The translations under genes and the position numbers were made by a program. From sequence record DRR378314_818: DNA of 64,000 nt, one strand, 5' to 3'. Under the pieces are notes generated by a model. The model searched no databases, was not told where the DNA came from, and was given only the letters and a program-made list of their open reading frames with translations. Positions 37,480-49,227 of this stretch are shown here, in pieces; position 1 is the first letter of the stretch; each line of letters begins with the position of its first letter.

Positions 37480-38291
37480 AGATGGACGGCTCCATGAAAC
37501 TGAACGAGGGGGCGGCAAACGCCCCCTTTTACCTCGCCCAGGGTGATGAATGCGATGTGTTCACCGCTGCGTATGAAAATGACCTGCCAGCCCTGCTGAA
37601 AGGCCCGACAGGCTGCGGCAAAACCCGCTTTGTGGCCCATATGGCCGCCAGTCTAGGCCGCCCGCTTTATACCGTGGCCTGCCACGATGACCTTGCCGCC
37701 GCCGACCTGATCGGGCGCTATCTGCTGAAAGGCGGAGAAACCGTCTGGGTCGATGGCCCCCTGACCCGTGCGGTGCGCGAAGGCGCGATCTGCTACCTTG
37801 ATGAGGTGGTCGAGGCGCGCAAGGACGTCACCGTCGTTTTGCACCCGCTAACCGATGACCGGCGCATCCTGCCGATCGACCGCACGGGTGAAGAGCTTGA
37901 GGCCGCGCCCGGTTTCATGCTGGTCGCCTCGTACAACCCCGGATATCAGAATATCCTGAAAACCCTGAAACCTTCGACCCGGCAGCGGTTCATTTCGCTG
38001 GAATTCGACTTCCCATCGCCTCAGATGGAGGCCGAAGTTGTCGCCAAGGAAAGCGGCCTCCCGTTGGAGCGTTGCAAGCCGCTGGTGCGGTTGGCGGGCA
38101 AACTGCGCGGGCTCAAGGGTCAGGACCTTGAGGAAGGTGTTTCCACCCGTCTGGTCGTTTATGCGGCGACGTTGATCGCACAAGGCATGTCTACCGACCG
38201 CGCCATCCTCGCCGCCATGATCGAACCTCTGACTGATGACGAGGATATCAAACGCGGGCTCCTCGATCTTGTCACGGCTGTCTTTGGGTGA
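37476..38291 (+). CDS. norQ: NorQ AAA+ ATPase
   Basis: GPTGCGKT, YLDEVVEAR, SYNPGYQ, STRLVVY. Confidence 0.95.
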   Translation: MKMDGSMKLNEGAANAPFYLAQGDECDVFTAAYENDLPALLKGPTGCGKTRFVAHMAASLGRPLYTVACHDDLAAADLIGRYLLKGGETVWVDGPLTRAVREGAICYLDEVVEARKDVTVVLHPLTDDRRILPIDRTGEELEAAPGFMLVASYNPGYQNILKTLKPSTRQRFISLEFDFPSPQMEAEVVAKESGLPLERCKPLVRLAGKLRGLKGQDLEEGVSTRLVVYAATLIAQGMSTDRAILAAMIEPLTDDEDIKRGLLDLVTAVFG

Positions 38292-38300
38292 GGCCGGCCA

Positions 38301-40223
38301 ATGGTCAAGATCGATTTTGAGCCATGGGAACCCGAAGAAACGATCGGGAAACTGTGGCACACCCTTGCTAGCCGCCTCGATGCACCCCAGGTGCACGTTG
38401 GAGCCGCGGTCGACCTTTCTGAGGTCGCGGGGCGGCTGGCCGTCCTCTTCCGAGGGCTTGGGGGTAGTCCGGGCGTCGAATTGCGCCCGGTCTCGCCCGA
38501 GGTTTCACACCACCGTCTAAGCTGGCGCCGTCGTCTGGCGACCGAGATCGAGCTGATGCCGCGCGCTTCATTTGATGGTGAAGTATTACGTCTGCCGGAC
38601 CGGCTGGCCGTATTCCCTGCACGAGAAGCGAATGGTGCACTTTATGTCTGGCTGGCGGCAACAGCGGCTCATGCCGGAACCCGAGTTGACGAAGACGATC
38701 CACTGCGCGCCGATCTGAGTGCGCTGATCGCTGCCCGACACATGGTCGAGGCGACCTTGGACAACGCCCAAGGCTTGCGCCCGCTTTACACTGAGCTTTG
38801 CAAAGGTGTTCTGCATCACCGCGACATCCCCGGATTACCGCCCGCTGAAGCTGCGGTTGAAGAGCTCGTCCGCTCTATGCTAGGCGACCCCGCGCCGCTA
38901 TCTCCACAGGCCGAGCAGTTCTTAGCGCTGGACGATGACCTGACCGCCCCGCGCGGTTACCAGTCCTTCCGCCCGGTCCCGTTGTGGCCCGAATTGCGCG
39001 CGGTTGGATTTTCCGAACATAACGAGGTCGAGAACCCAGATACCGAAGGCCCCCCCGAAGAATCTGGTGAAAAAACCCATCGCGCCCGCCGCCGCAAATC
39101 GGATCAGGCATCCCGCAGCGACAGTTTCATCCTGCACAAGTTCGAAGCCATCCTCAGCTGGGCCGAGTTCCTGAATATAAACCGGCGTATCGATGACGAC
39201 GATCCTGATAACGCCAAGAAAGCTGCGGATGATCAGGAAGAGATTGGCCTTGGCCAGATCTCGAAGGCACCGCCAACCAAGCTGAAACTGCATCTGGATC
39301 TCGCGCCCGAAGATGTGAACCGCGAACGCCTTTCAGGGCGTATCCTTTATCCAGAATGGGACGTGCGCACCGGTCGATACCTGCCCGATCACGTCAACGT
39401 CCTGACCTCGGACGCCGAGATTCGCGAAGACGCTGCAGAGTTTGGCAAGGACCCCGCAACCGCCCGCCGCATTCGAGCCGTGAAACGCCAGTTCGAAGCG
39501 CTGCGCCCCGGCCGTGTGATGACCCGCGGCCATTTGGATGGCGATCAGCTGGATATCGAGGCAGCCGTTCGGGCACAGGTTGACCGCTGTGCAAATGGCG
39601 AAGGGACCGAGCGTATCTGGATGCAATCCCGCCCCGAGGCGCGTGATCTGGCGGTTTCGATCCTGCTGGATGTCAGCCGCTCGACCGAAAGCGCCGTTAC
39701 AGGCCGCGCTGTGATCGATATCGAGCGCGAGGCGCTGGCTGCGCTCGCCTGGGGTCTGAACGCTTGCGGTGACGATTTCGCAATCCATGCTTTCAGCTCG
39801 CTGAAACGTCAGCGCGTCTATGTGCAGCGGTGCAAGCGGTTTGATGAGCCGATGGGTGGATTGGTCGAACAACGTATCGCGTCGCTGCGACCCGGCCACT
39901 ACACAAGGCTTGGCGCGGCGATCCGGCATTGCTCGGCTGATCTGGCCAGCCAATCGCGCAAACGCCGGTTATTGCTGGTGATCACCGACGGCAAGCCCAA
40001 CGATCTGGACCATTATGAGGGCCGTCACGGTATCGAAGACACCTGCATGGCCGTCCGTGAAGCGCGCCGGGCCGGGCAATCGGTCTTCGGTGTCACCATC
40101 GACAAAACCGGCAAAAGCTGGTTCCCGAGGATGTTCGGACAGGGCGGTTTTGCAGTCATCCCGGACCCGCATCGCCTGACCATGGCCCTGCCGCAGATAT
40201 ACCGCCAATTGGTCGGCGCATGA
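38301..40223 (+). CDS. norD: NorD VWA protein
   Basis: EETIGKLWH, YPEWD, DVSRST MIDAS, TDGKPND. Confidence 0.94.
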   Translation: MVKIDFEPWEPEETIGKLWHTLASRLDAPQVHVGAAVDLSEVAGRLAVLFRGLGGSPGVELRPVSPEVSHHRLSWRRRLATEIELMPRASFDGEVLRLPDRLAVFPAREANGALYVWLAATAAHAGTRVDEDDPLRADLSALIAARHMVEATLDNAQGLRPLYTELCKGVLHHRDIPGLPPAEAAVEELVRSMLGDPAPLSPQAEQFLALDDDLTAPRGYQSFRPVPLWPELRAVGFSEHNEVENPDTEGPPEESGEKTHRARRRKSDQASRSDSFILHKFEAILSWAEFLNINRRIDDDDPDNAKKAADDQEEIGLGQISKAPPTKLKLHLDLAPEDVNRERLSGRILYPEWDVRTGRYLPDHVNVLTSDAEIREDAAEFGKDPATARRIRAVKRQFEALRPGRVMTRGHLDGDQLDIEAAVRAQVDRCANGEGTERIWMQSRPEARDLAVSILLDVSRSTESAVTGRAVIDIEREALAALAWGLNACGDDFAIHAFSSLKRQRVYVQRCKRFDEPMGGLVEQRIASLRPGHYTRLGAAIRHCSADLASQSRKRRLLLVITDGKPNDLDHYEGRHGIEDTCMAVREARRAGQSVFGVTIDKTGKSWFPRMFGQGGFAVIPDPHRLTMALPQIYRQLVGA

Positions 40224-40768
40224 CCGAGACCTCTTTGATCGACGAGCTTCCGGGCGAGTTGCTGATGTGGGTTCTGATCATCTCGGAACTGCTGGTGTTC
40301 GGCGCCGGCCTGATTGCCTTCATGGGCGTACGCCTGACCGACCCTGCTGGATTTGCCGAAGCCCAATCGCATCTCTATCGCACCGGTGCGGCGCTCAACA
40401 CAGTGGTGCTGGTCACCTCGGGCTACTTGGCCGCGCAGGCCTTGCATTGGCGGCGGACAGCGCGCCGAGGTTTGGCCCGACTGGCGTTGATCGCAGCGGC
40501 TGCGCTGGGCGTCGTGTTCCTGGTAATTAAGGGCGCAGAGTACGTAGGAAAAGCTGCGCAGGGGATCACGTTTGAGACCCACCCGTTTTTCCTGTTTTAC
40601 TACCTGCTCACCGGGTTTCACGCGGCACATGTGTTGGCCGGTGTGGGCATTCTACTGCTGGTCGCCTGGCGGGATGACCCCAACAACATCGAAGCAGGCG
40701 CACAGTTCTGGCATATGGTCGACCTGGTCTGGATCATGCTCTTCCCGGTAATCTACCTATTGGGATGA
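40220..40768 (+). CDS. norE: NorE (cytochrome oxidase subunit III-like)
   Basis: MWVLIISEL, LTGFHAAHV, FWHMVDLVW. Confidence 0.9.
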   Translation: MTETSLIDELPGELLMWVLIISELLVFGAGLIAFMGVRLTDPAGFAEAQSHLYRTGAALNTVVLVTSGYLAAQALHWRRTARRGLARLALIAAAALGVVFLVIKGAEYVGKAAQGITFETHPFFLFYYLLTGFHAAHVLAGVGILLLVAWRDDPNNIEAGAQFWHMVDLVWIMLFPVIYLLG

Positions 40769-41061
40769 TGATAATGCCCACCGCTTCTTCTTGTCCCAAA
40801 TACGGCCGCCGGAGGCACCTGAACACACTCACACGCGCTTGGTTCACTCTTCTGGTGCTCAGTATCGCGTCGGCGCTGTTGACCATGCTGCCCATCCCTC
40901 CCGCGTTTTTGGGCGGCGGCATCTTGATTCTCGCTTTGGCGAAATGTCGGATTATCCTCGCCCGATATCTGGACCTGGCAATCAGCCCAGCCTGGCTGCG
41001 GGGGTTCACCGTGGTTTTGACAGGTTTTGTGATTATCACCTTTGCGCTCTACCTGATCTAA
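40765..41061 (+). CDS. norF: NorF (COX IV-like small membrane protein)
   Basis: LTRAW, LAKCRIILARYLDL; ATGA overlap with norE. Confidence 0.75.
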   Translation: MMIMPTASSCPKYGRRRHLNTLTRAWFTLLVLSIASALLTMLPIPPAFLGGGILILALAKCRIILARYLDLAISPAWLRGFTVVLTGFVIITFALYLI

Positions 41062-41114
41062 AAACACCGCCTCCGAAGAGACGGCGAAGTTTCACGCAAG
41101 GGGGCGCTTCTTGA

Positions 41115-42338
41115 TTACTGTGCAGCCATCGGCATCCGTGCAATCTGGCACCGTTGCCACAAGGCGGAAAGCGCGCCAACCAGATGGTCGATATCCTCAT
41201 CCGTATGCACCGGGGACGGTGTGATCCGCAGACGCTCAGTCCCTTTCGGCACAGTGGGATAATTGATCGGCTGGATATAGATGCCGAACTCTTCCAGTAG
41301 TGTGTCCGAGATGAACTTACACTTTACCGGATCGCCGACCATCACCGGGATGATATGGCTGGGGTTGGGGATGTGCGGAATACCTTCCGCGTCCAGACGG
41401 GCACGTACCTGCGCCACACGCGCCTTTTGCAGGTTGCGCTCGGTATTGGATTGTTTCAGGTGCCGGATCGAAGCTGCTGCTCCGGCTGCGATTGCGGGTG
41501 GAAGAGCAGTGGTAAAGATGAACCCGCTGGCAAAGCTGCGCACGAAATCACACAGCGCGGCTGAGGCCGCGATGTAACCCCCAACGACACCAAATGCTTT
41601 GCCGAGGGTCCCTTCGATCACGGTCAGGCGATCCATCAGGCCCTCCCGTTCCGCGATACCACCGCCGCGTGGGCCATAGAGGCCAACGGCGTGAACCTCA
41701 TCCAGATAGGTCATCGCGCCATATTTGTCGGCCAGATCGCAAATCTCTTTGATGGGCGCGATATCACCGTCCATCGAATAGACCGATTCAAAGGCGATCA
41801 TCTTGGGCGCATCGGGGTCTGCGGCGGCCAGTTTCGCCTCAAGATCTGCCAGATCGTTATGCTTCCAGATAACCTTCTGAGCCCGCGAATGGCGGATGCC
41901 TTCGATCATCGAGGCATGGTTCAGCGCATCAGAGAACACGATTAGGCCGGGAATTTTCGCAGCGAGCGTTCCAAGCGCCGCCCAATTCGAAACATATCCG
42001 GACGTAAAAAGAAGTGCTGCTTCTTTTCCGTGCAGATCGGCCAGTTCAGTCTCAAGCAACACATGATCGTGGGTGGTGCCCGATATGTTCCGCGTACCCC
42101 CGGCCCCTGCACCGCAGCGGTCCAATGCATCATGCATCGCACCGATCACCGATGGATGCTGGCCCATGCCAAGATAGTCATTTGAACACCAGATCCGCAC
42201 ATCCCGCTGGACCGAGCCATCTGTTTGACGTGCGTTTGGGAAGGACCCGCAGCGACGTTGCAAGTCGATGAAAACACGATAATTTCCTTCGCCTCGAAGG
42301 TCATTGAGGCTCTGATCAAAAAAACGCTCGTAGTCCAT
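41115..42338 (-). CDS. hemA: 5-aminolevulinate synthase
   Basis: [35 protein letters not shown] (PLP lysine). Confidence 0.96.
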   Translation of the reverse strand: MDYERFFDQSLNDLRGEGNYRVFIDLQRRCGSFPNARQTDGSVQRDVRIWCSNDYLGMGQHPSVIGAMHDALDRCGAGAGGTRNISGTTHDHVLLETELADLHGKEAALLFTSGYVSNWAALGTLAAKIPGLIVFSDALNHASMIEGIRHSRAQKVIWKHNDLADLEAKLAAADPDAPKMIAFESVYSMDGDIAPIKEICDLADKYGAMTYLDEVHAVGLYGPRGGGIAEREGLMDRLTVIEGTLGKAFGVVGGYIAASAALCDFVRSFASGFIFTTALPPAIAAGAAASIRHLKQSNTERNLQKARVAQVRARLDAEGIPHIPNPSHIIPVMVGDPVKCKFISDTLLEEFGIYIQPINYPTVPKGTERLRITPSPVHTDEDIDHLVGALSALWQRCQIARMPMAAQ

Positions 42339-42400
42339 CTTGCGTGCTCCCCGGATTACTGGCTTTGGGCTGAGAATAAGGCAGCGCAGCATCCCACAAC

Positions 42401-42414
42401 ATGACAATTGTCAA
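42401..42414. promoter_or_regulatory. FNR/DNR-like box between divergent hemA and the Crp/Fnr gene
   Basis: ATGAC-AATT-GTCAA. Confidence 0.6.
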
Positions 42415-42524
42415 GTTGAGAACGCATCAAAAGGGTAGTGCACAAGCGCCGTGTTTGGCGTAGTTTGAGGTTGGGATGGATGGACGTCGTTTGACTTCGG
42501 CGAGAAAGGCACAGGGGTGATTTC

Positions 42525-43226
42525 ATGTCTCATGAGGCACAAAAGGCGATCGCCCGACAGTCGCTGCTGTTGCGCAGTTTGCCGGATCAGCATGTCGAGA
42601 CTTTACTGAGCCACGCAATCTGGCGTCAGTACGACCGGGGCGAGACGATTTTTCTGCAGGAAGAAAAGGCACAGGCCGTACATGTGGTTCTGGAAGGCTG
42701 GGTCAAACTGTTCCGCATGACACCCACCGGGGCCGAAGCCGTGGTAAGCGTCTTTACCCGTGGCGACAGTTTTGGCGAAGCCTTGGCGCTGCGCAACGTG
42801 CCTTATCCGGTCTCGGCCGAGGCGGTCTCGGCCTGTGATGTCATGCATATCCCCAGCCCGATCCTGATCTCGTTGATGAAAGAGGACCCCGAGATTGGGA
42901 TTTCGATTCTGGCCGCGACTTTTACCCATCTGCATTCGCTGGTGGCGCAATTGGAGCAGCTCAAGGCACAAACCGGTGCACAGCGTGTGGCCGAGTTTCT
43001 GCTGAACCTCTGCGACGACGAAACGGGCGGGTGCGATGTATCGTTGCCCTACGACAAGATGCTGATTGCGGGGCGTCTTGGAATGAAGCCCGAAAGCCTG
43101 AGCCGCGCGTTTTCACGGCTCAAGGCGGTTGGGGTAAAGGTCAACCGCAACCACGCCGAGATTTCGGATATCGCATTACTGCGGGAGTATGCCGAAAGCG
43201 ATCCGGCGGAAAATTGGAGCCGATAA
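42525..43226 (+). CDS. Crp/Fnr-family regulator (DNR/NnrR type, no N-terminal Cys cluster)
   Basis: cNMP-binding fold (GWVKLFR, GDSFGE, YPVSAEA) and HTH recognition helix PESLSR. Confidence 0.88.
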   Translation: MSHEAQKAIARQSLLLRSLPDQHVETLLSHAIWRQYDRGETIFLQEEKAQAVHVVLEGWVKLFRMTPTGAEAVVSVFTRGDSFGEALALRNVPYPVSAEAVSACDVMHIPSPILISLMKEDPEIGISILAATFTHLHSLVAQLEQLKAQTGAQRVAEFLLNLCDDETGGCDVSLPYDKMLIAGRLGMKPESLSRAFSRLKAVGVKVNRNHAEISDIALLREYAESDPAENWSR

Positions 43227-43253
43227 CCGGCAGTTCCGCCGGGCCGGTTTGTT

Positions 43254-43511
43254 TCAGACGGTTGTGCCCTTGCGGCGGATTGCGGTGCCCAGACTACCGG
43301 CGCAGACGCCAACAACGATTGCGATCACAAGCGCCACCGATCCAACATGGGAAAACTGCCACCCGGCAAAAAGCAGTGGCGCGATCAGGCCGACCAAACC
43401 GCCCAGAAGTGCGCCCAGCCACAATTGGCGGGTCATCATGCCCAGCGCCAGACCAAGAATGCCGGGCAAGCCCAATACGTTGCCGCCGATGGTTCCAAGT
43501 ATCTCTAACAT
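43254..43511 (-). CDS. Small hydrophobic membrane protein after napC
   Basis: 85 aa, about three Gly-rich TM segments, 13 nt after the napC stop. Confidence 0.6.
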   Translation of the reverse strand: MLEILGTIGGNVLGLPGILGLALGMMTRQLWLGALLGGLVGLIAPLLFAGWQFSHVGSVALVIAIVVGVCAGSLGTAIRRKGTTV

Positions 43512-43524
43512 CTCTGCCCCCGCC

Positions 43525-44217
43525 TTAGTCTGTGCTTTTGTTCAGGAACGAACGGATATCGTCGCCTGACGCGGCTGCGTGTTTCTGAAGAACCTCACCA
43601 TCCACGGCTTCCGAGATCTTCTGGTACGTTTCCAGATAGTCGGGCGGCAGGCTATGCGCGATACCCTGGTGGCAGTCTATACAGGTCATACCGGTGTCGA
43701 TCGCGCGCTGGTGTTCGCTGGCGGCACGGGTTTCCTGAAGGGTGAAATCCATATAGTCAAAGTTGTGACAGTTGCGGCATTCGCGACTGTCGGATTCCTT
43801 CATCTTCTTCCATACGGCGGATGCCATAGCGAGGCGATGATCCTCGTACTTTTCGGGGGTACTAATTGTGCCAGCAAGTTCGTGATAAACGTCCTTCACG
43901 GCCATGATCTTAGCTTTGATCTTGTGGTTCCATTCATCCGGAACGTGGCAGTCTGAACAGATCGCCCGTACGCCCGAGTGGTTGTTGTAGTGAATGGTCT
44001 CGCGGTATTCACCAAGGTTCGTTTCCATTGTGTGGCACGAGGTGCAGAACTCTTCTGTATTCGTCAGTTCCAGCGTCCAGTGGAACCCACCCCAGAACAG
44101 TATGCCCGCCAGAAATCCGGCCAGCAGGGTGAAACCAACGCTTAGGACGGCGATCGGGCTCCAGAACCAGGTCCAGAGGCGCCGGATGAGCCCTTGTTTT
44201 TCTTGGGAGTCGGACAT
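43525..44217 (-). CDS. napC: NapC tetraheme cytochrome
   Basis: CTSCH, CSDCH, CRNCH, CIDCH; in the nap operon. Confidence 0.94.
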   Translation of the reverse strand: MSDSQEKQGLIRRLWTWFWSPIAVLSVGFTLLAGFLAGILFWGGFHWTLELTNTEEFCTSCHTMETNLGEYRETIHYNNHSGVRAICSDCHVPDEWNHKIKAKIMAVKDVYHELAGTISTPEKYEDHRLAMASAVWKKMKESDSRECRNCHNFDYMDFTLQETRAASEHQRAIDTGMTCIDCHQGIAHSLPPDYLETYQKISEAVDGEVLQKHAAASGDDIRSFLNKSTD

Positions 44218-44243
44218 GTCGCGCTCTCCTTTTCGACCTGAGT

Positions 44244-44678
44244 TTAGTTCCCGGAGGAAGGTTCAAAAGTGTTATCGACCAGCGGCAGCGCATCAGCTTG
44301 CGGCACATGACACTGGTTGCAGAAATACCGAGTGCCGGCGATCTGATCCAGCTCTCGGCCTTCGCGGTCAAGATAGTGGGTCATCGACAGTGTCGGCGCA
44401 TTGCGCTCACCGGCCTTGGTCCAGTCATGGCACGACAGGCACTGGTTGGTGCGCAGGTCGATCTGGTATTGCTCGGTCGAGTGCGGGATCAGCGGTGGTT
44501 GCTGGCGATAGTTGCGCTGCATGCGGCCTTCGACGGTGCGATGAACCTGATCCAGAACAGCGGGCTCGTCCACTTCGGCACCTCGCAGGCTGTTGACCCC
44601 GGCAGATTGTGCAAGGGCCAGGCCACCGAGGAGCAGCGGCGGGATCAGGGCAAGGCCCACTAGGATCGGCTTTTTCAT
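44244..44678 (-). CDS. napB: NapB diheme cytochrome
   Basis: QPPLIPH, CLSCH, RYFCNQCHVPQ. Confidence 0.95.
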   Translation of the reverse strand: MKKPILVGLALIPPLLLGGLALAQSAGVNSLRGAEVDEPAVLDQVHRTVEGRMQRNYRQQPPLIPHSTEQYQIDLRTNQCLSCHDWTKAGERNAPTLSMTHYLDREGRELDQIAGTRYFCNQCHVPQADALPLVDNTFEPSSGN

Positions 44679-44690
44679 TGTCTCACTCCT

Positions 44691-45602
44691 TCAAAAAGGT
44701 CTTGAGGCGCGCGGCTGGGGCGCGGCGGTTGATTCCGGTGGCGCGACGGTCAGGGCGTCGAACCGATGGGTGAATTTGAAAACGTCTTCGGCGCAGATAT
44801 CGATGCAACGCCCGCAATTTGTACAATCGGGCGACAGGATCAGCGGGGTGTCTTTACCCTTCAGCGCCGGAGAGATGACGTGGTTTTCCGGGCAGACCGC
44901 GTAACAATCCATGCAATCGTCACATGCGGTTCGGTTGGTCGCACTGACCCGCAGCATCGCTTTGCTGCCCACCAGCCCGTAGAACGCGCCTACGGGGCAG
45001 ATGTGTCCGCACCATCCGTGGCGCGAGACAAACAGGTCGAACAGGAAGATCGCGGCGACCATTGCCCAGACAAACCCCATGCCAAAGATCAGCCCGCGAT
45101 GCAGCATGGTGATTGGGTTGACCAACTCCCACGCGATGGCACCGGTCAGGCCCGAGACGATCAGGACGGTGGCCATGATCCATAGACGCGTGCCGCGTTT
45201 GGGCTGCCAGCCTTTTTGCAGACCTAGCTTCCGGTGCAACCAGTGCGCGCTGTCGGTGACCGGATTGATCGGGCAGACCCAGGAACAATAGACACGACCA
45301 CCGATCAGCGCATAAGCGACCAGAACGATGATTGCGCCGATGGCGGCGGTCAGTGCGGGCCAGTGCCCGGCGATCAGGCTTTGCAGAAAAATAAATGGGT
45401 CAGTCAGGGGCAATACCCCCAGTGTCAATGATCCGGCCAAAGTGCCTTGTACGATCCAGATCTCGAACCACGGCCCCAGTAGAAACAGGACCAGAAAGAA
45501 CAGCTGACTGGTGCGGCGCAACAGCAGGTATTTATGGGCTCCCAGCCAGCCTTTGGCGGCGATGGCCTCTTGCCCCAGTGGCACATAAGTGCGGGCGGTC
45601 AT
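44691..45602 (-). CDS. napH: NapH ferredoxin-type membrane protein
   Basis: YCSWVCP, WCGHICP, two 4Fe-4S motifs. Confidence 0.93.
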   Translation of the reverse strand: MTARTYVPLGQEAIAAKGWLGAHKYLLLRRTSQLFFLVLFLLGPWFEIWIVQGTLAGSLTLGVLPLTDPFIFLQSLIAGHWPALTAAIGAIIVLVAYALIGGRVYCSWVCPINPVTDSAHWLHRKLGLQKGWQPKRGTRLWIMATVLIVSGLTGAIAWELVNPITMLHRGLIFGMGFVWAMVAAIFLFDLFVSRHGWCGHICPVGAFYGLVGSKAMLRVSATNRTACDDCMDCYAVCPENHVISPALKGKDTPLILSPDCTNCGRCIDICAEDVFKFTHRFDALTVAPPESTAAPQPRASRPF

Positions 45603-46417
45603 TGGGTGACCTCCTGCAATTTGAAACTGGGTTCGAACCCGCCTGGGGCAACCAGGTTGTCTGTTCCCGGCCCCGGCAACCGGTCGGGCAGATCGATGAT
45701 GCCTTCAACGACGGGGGCACCCTTGGCTTCTTTTTCTTCCCAGCCGTTGCGGTAGTGGGCGGCGCTGCTGCCACGAGCCAGTCGGGCAGGCAAAACCTTG
45801 ATCGCGGCCTCGGGCAGAACGCAGCTTTTCTCACAAACGCCACAGCCGGTGCAGTGATCGGAATGAACCGTTGGGATGAAAATCGCGTGGTGACCCGAGC
45901 GGACGTTGTGCTCAACTTTCAGTGTAATGGCCTCGTCGATGACGGGGCAGACGCGATAGCAGACATCGCACCGCAGGCCGAGGAAGTTCAGGCAGTTCTC
46001 CTGATCGATAAGAACGGCCACACCCATCTTGGCGTCGTCGATGTTGTCCAATCCAGGATCCAGCGCCCCGGTTGGGCAGGCCGCGACGCAGGGGATGTCG
46101 TCACACATCTCACAGGGAATGTCGCGGGCGGTGAAATACGGCGTGCCGGTGGCCACCGCATCAACGCCCAGTTCAGCCAGTTTCAGCGTGTCATAGGGAC
46201 ACTCCCGCACACACAGACCGCAGCGGATGCAGGCGGATAGGAAGTCTTTTTCCGGCAAGGCACCGGGGGGCCGCAACGCCTCGGCTGGCAACGCCCGTGC
46301 GTCCCGCACCAGCCAGGCCAGCACCGAACCGGCTGCCACGCAGCCACCCGCAGCGCGCGCCGAGTCCTGCAGGAACCGACGCCGCTGCGGCGAGAGAGGA
46401 GAGCCAACACGAGACAT
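45599..46417 (-). CDS. napG: NapG ferredoxin-type protein
   Basis: RRRFL Tat motif, [18 protein letters not shown]. Confidence 0.93.
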   Translation of the reverse strand: MSRVGSPLSPQRRRFLQDSARAAGGCVAAGSVLAWLVRDARALPAEALRPPGALPEKDFLSACIRCGLCVRECPYDTLKLAELGVDAVATGTPYFTARDIPCEMCDDIPCVAACPTGALDPGLDNIDDAKMGVAVLIDQENCLNFLGLRCDVCYRVCPVIDEAITLKVEHNVRSGHHAIFIPTVHSDHCTGCGVCEKSCVLPEAAIKVLPARLARGSSAAHYRNGWEEKEAKGAPVVEGIIDLPDRLPGPGTDNLVAPGGFEPSFKLQEVTQ

Positions 46418-46444
46418 GGGGACGACCTTTGCCTTGCTTGCCCT

Positions 46445-48937
46445 TTACGCCCGCTCGATCTTACAGGCGCATTTCTTGAAGTCGGTCTCTTTCGACAGCG
46501 GGCAGGTTGCGTCCAAAGTCAGCTTGTTGGTCAGCTGGCCTTCGTCGAACCATGGCATAAAGACCAGTCCGCGCGGCACCTTGTTGCGGCCCCGGGTCTC
46601 AACCCGGCTGTTGACCTCGCCACGGCGGGTGGAAATAACGATCTCTTGCCCGCGGCGCAGACCACGATCACGCGCGTCTTCGGGGTGCATGTAAATCACG
46701 GCTGCCGGATAGGCGCGGTGCAGTTCGGGCACCCGGCGGGTCATCGAACCCGAGTGCCAGTGTTCCAGCACACGACCGGTGCAGAGCCACAGATCAAATT
46801 CTTCATCCGGTTCCTCGGGTGCGGGTTCGTATGGGGCAAAGATGATCTTGGCCTTGCCGTCCTTGTGGCCATAGAACTTCACATCCGCGCCTTCAGGTAC
46901 ATAGGGGTCATAACCTTCGCGGAAGCGATAGAGTGTTTCTTTCCCGTCCACGACAGGCCAGCGCATGCCACGGGCCTGATGATACATCTCGAACGGTGCA
47001 AGGTCGTGTGCATGGCCGCGACCGAACTCGGCGTATTCCTCGAACAGGCCCTTTTGGACGTAGTAACCAAAGTGCTCGGATTCATCGTTGTCGAACCCTT
47101 CAGCGGTTTCCGACAGCGGGAATTTATCGATGGTGCCGTTGGCGAAGAGCACGTCATACATGGTCTTGCCGCGATGTTCGGGCATGGTGGCCAGCAACTC
47201 CTCACCCCAAACCTCTTCAACGGTGAAGCGTTTTGCGAATTCCATCAACTGCCAAAGGTCCGATTTCGCCTCGCCCGGGGCCTTGACCTGTTGCCGCCAG
47301 AATTGGGTGCGACGCTCGGCGTTACCATAGGCACCTTCTTTTTCGACCCACATGGCCGTCGGCAGGATCAGGTCGGCAGACAGCGCGGTCACGGTCGGAT
47401 AAGGATCGGATACGGCGATGAAGTTTTCCGGGTTGCGATAGCCGGGATAACCTTCTTCGTTAATGTTGGGTGCGGCTTGCATGTTGTTGTTGCACTGCAC
47501 CCAGTAGGCATTCAGATCACCGTCTTTCAGCTTGCGGTGCTGCAACACGGCGTGAAAGCCGGGCTTGGGCGGGATGGTGCCCGCAGGGATTTTCCACGCA
47601 GTCTCACAAATCTCGCGATGTTTGTCGTTTGCCACGACCATATCGGCGGGCAGACGGTGGGCAAATGTACCAACTTCGCGCGCCGTACCACAGGCCGAAG
47701 GCTGACCGGTCAACGAGAAGGGCGAGTTGCCAGGTTCCGAGATTTTACCCACCAGCAGGTGCACGTTGTACATCAGCGAGTTCGCCCATGAGCCGCGTGT
47801 GTGCTGATTGAAGCCCATGGTCCAAAGGCTCATCACCTTGCGGTTGGGGTCGGCATATTGCTGCGCCAAACGCTCAAGCTGAGCGGCGGGAACACCAGAC
47901 AGTTCAGATGTGTAGTCCAGCGTGTATTCCGATACCGCCTCGGCATATTCCTCGAAGCTGATCGGCTCCATCTTGCCCGAGTTCGGGTTTTCGGCCTCTT
48001 GCTGCAGCGGGTGGCTGTCGCGCAGGCCATAGCCGATATCGGTGGCGGTTTTAGTGATGTTGACGTGGTTCTTGACGAAGTCTTCGTTCACCGCGCCGTT
48101 CTGGATGATGTAATTGGCGATATAGTTCAGGATCGCCAGATCCGTCTGAGGTGCGAAAATGATACTGTTATCGGCCAGTTCGAACGAGCGGTGTTCATAG
48201 GTCGACAGCACGTGCACTTCGCAGCCCGGCTTGGTCAGGCGCGTATCGGTCAGGCGCGACCACAGGATCGGGTGCATCTCGGCCATGTTCGAGCCCCAGA
48301 GAACAAACGTATCTGCATGTTCCAGATCGTCATAACAGCCCATCGGCTCATCGATGCCGAAGGTACGCATGAAGCCGACAACCGCCGAGGCCATACAGTG
48401 CCGCGCGTTGGGATCGATATTGTTCGAGCGGAAGCCAGCCTTCATCAGTTTGGACGCAGCGTAGCCTTCCCAGACGGTCCACTGACCCGAACCGAACATG
48501 CCAACACTGGTTGGGCCTTTCTTGGCCAGCGCTTCTTTCCACTTGGCAGCCATCACGTCGAAAGCTTCGTCCCAGCTGACGGGTTCGAATTCACCGTTTT
48601 TGTCGTATTCGCCGTTGGTCTTGCGCAACATTGGCGTGGTCAGGCGGTCTTTGCCATACATGATCTTGGACAGGAAATAGCCTTTGATGCAGTTCAAGCC
48701 GCGGTTCACCGGCGCGTCCGGGTCGCCTTGGGTGGCGACGACACGTCCGTCTTTGGTGCCAATCAGGACCGAGCAGCCAGTGCCGCAGAACCGGCAGGCG
48801 GCTTTGTCCCAACGGATGTCCGGGTTTCCGACCTGAGCGCTGGCTTGCCCGGTTGCAAGTGGAATACCTGCGGCCGAGGCCGTCGCGACGGCAGCGGTTG
48901 ATTTCAAAAAGGTCCGGCGGGATTCAGAGATGGTCAT
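46445..48937 (-). CDS. napA: Periplasmic nitrate reductase catalytic subunit
   Basis: SRRTFLK Tat motif; [27 protein letters not shown]. Confidence 0.98.
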   Translation of the reverse strand: MTISESRRTFLKSTAAVATASAAGIPLATGQASAQVGNPDIRWDKAACRFCGTGCSVLIGTKDGRVVATQGDPDAPVNRGLNCIKGYFLSKIMYGKDRLTTPMLRKTNGEYDKNGEFEPVSWDEAFDVMAAKWKEALAKKGPTSVGMFGSGQWTVWEGYAASKLMKAGFRSNNIDPNARHCMASAVVGFMRTFGIDEPMGCYDDLEHADTFVLWGSNMAEMHPILWSRLTDTRLTKPGCEVHVLSTYEHRSFELADNSIIFAPQTDLAILNYIANYIIQNGAVNEDFVKNHVNITKTATDIGYGLRDSHPLQQEAENPNSGKMEPISFEEYAEAVSEYTLDYTSELSGVPAAQLERLAQQYADPNRKVMSLWTMGFNQHTRGSWANSLMYNVHLLVGKISEPGNSPFSLTGQPSACGTAREVGTFAHRLPADMVVANDKHREICETAWKIPAGTIPPKPGFHAVLQHRKLKDGDLNAYWVQCNNNMQAAPNINEEGYPGYRNPENFIAVSDPYPTVTALSADLILPTAMWVEKEGAYGNAERRTQFWRQQVKAPGEAKSDLWQLMEFAKRFTVEEVWGEELLATMPEHRGKTMYDVLFANGTIDKFPLSETAEGFDNDESEHFGYYVQKGLFEEYAEFGRGHAHDLAPFEMYHQARGMRWPVVDGKETLYRFREGYDPYVPEGADVKFYGHKDGKAKIIFAPYEPAPEEPDEEFDLWLCTGRVLEHWHSGSMTRRVPELHRAYPAAVIYMHPEDARDRGLRRGQEIVISTRRGEVNSRVETRGRNKVPRGLVFMPWFDEGQLTNKLTLDATCPLSKETDFKKCACKIERA

Positions 48938-48954
48938 GACAGGGGTCTCCGGCT

Positions 48955-49227
48955 TTAGATCTGGCGAGAAGCGTGTAGGTGCGGACGGGATTCCGCAAGG
49001 TCTTCAAAATGGTGATATGTCAGGGTCAGAGAGATCACACCCGGGATCTGATGCAGATCCATGATCGTCTCGGACGCCAGTTTTTCCGGCGTATCCTCGA
49101 CCACAACAACAAGGCGGCCATCTTCGGCCGCCGCATGAACTTCGGCCCCGTCTGTGCGCGCAATCGCATCCTGCGCGCTTTGCGTGGTTTCGGGGGTCAC
49201 ATGAACGAGGCAACCACAGATGTTCAT
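48955..49227 (-). CDS. napD: NapD chaperone
   Basis: MNICGCLVH...GRLVVVVE...[15 protein letters not shown] overlap with napF. Confidence 0.88.
   Translation of the reverse strand: MNICGCLVHVTPETTQSAQDAIARTDGAEVHAAAEDGRLVVVVEDTPEKLASETIMDLHQIPGVISLTLTYHHFEDLAESRPHLHASRQI

Noticed and set aside
47801-48901. Long plus-strand ORFs opposite napA (similar ones lie opposite nosZ, nosR and norD)
   Set aside because: Antisense shadow frames of well-supported genes.
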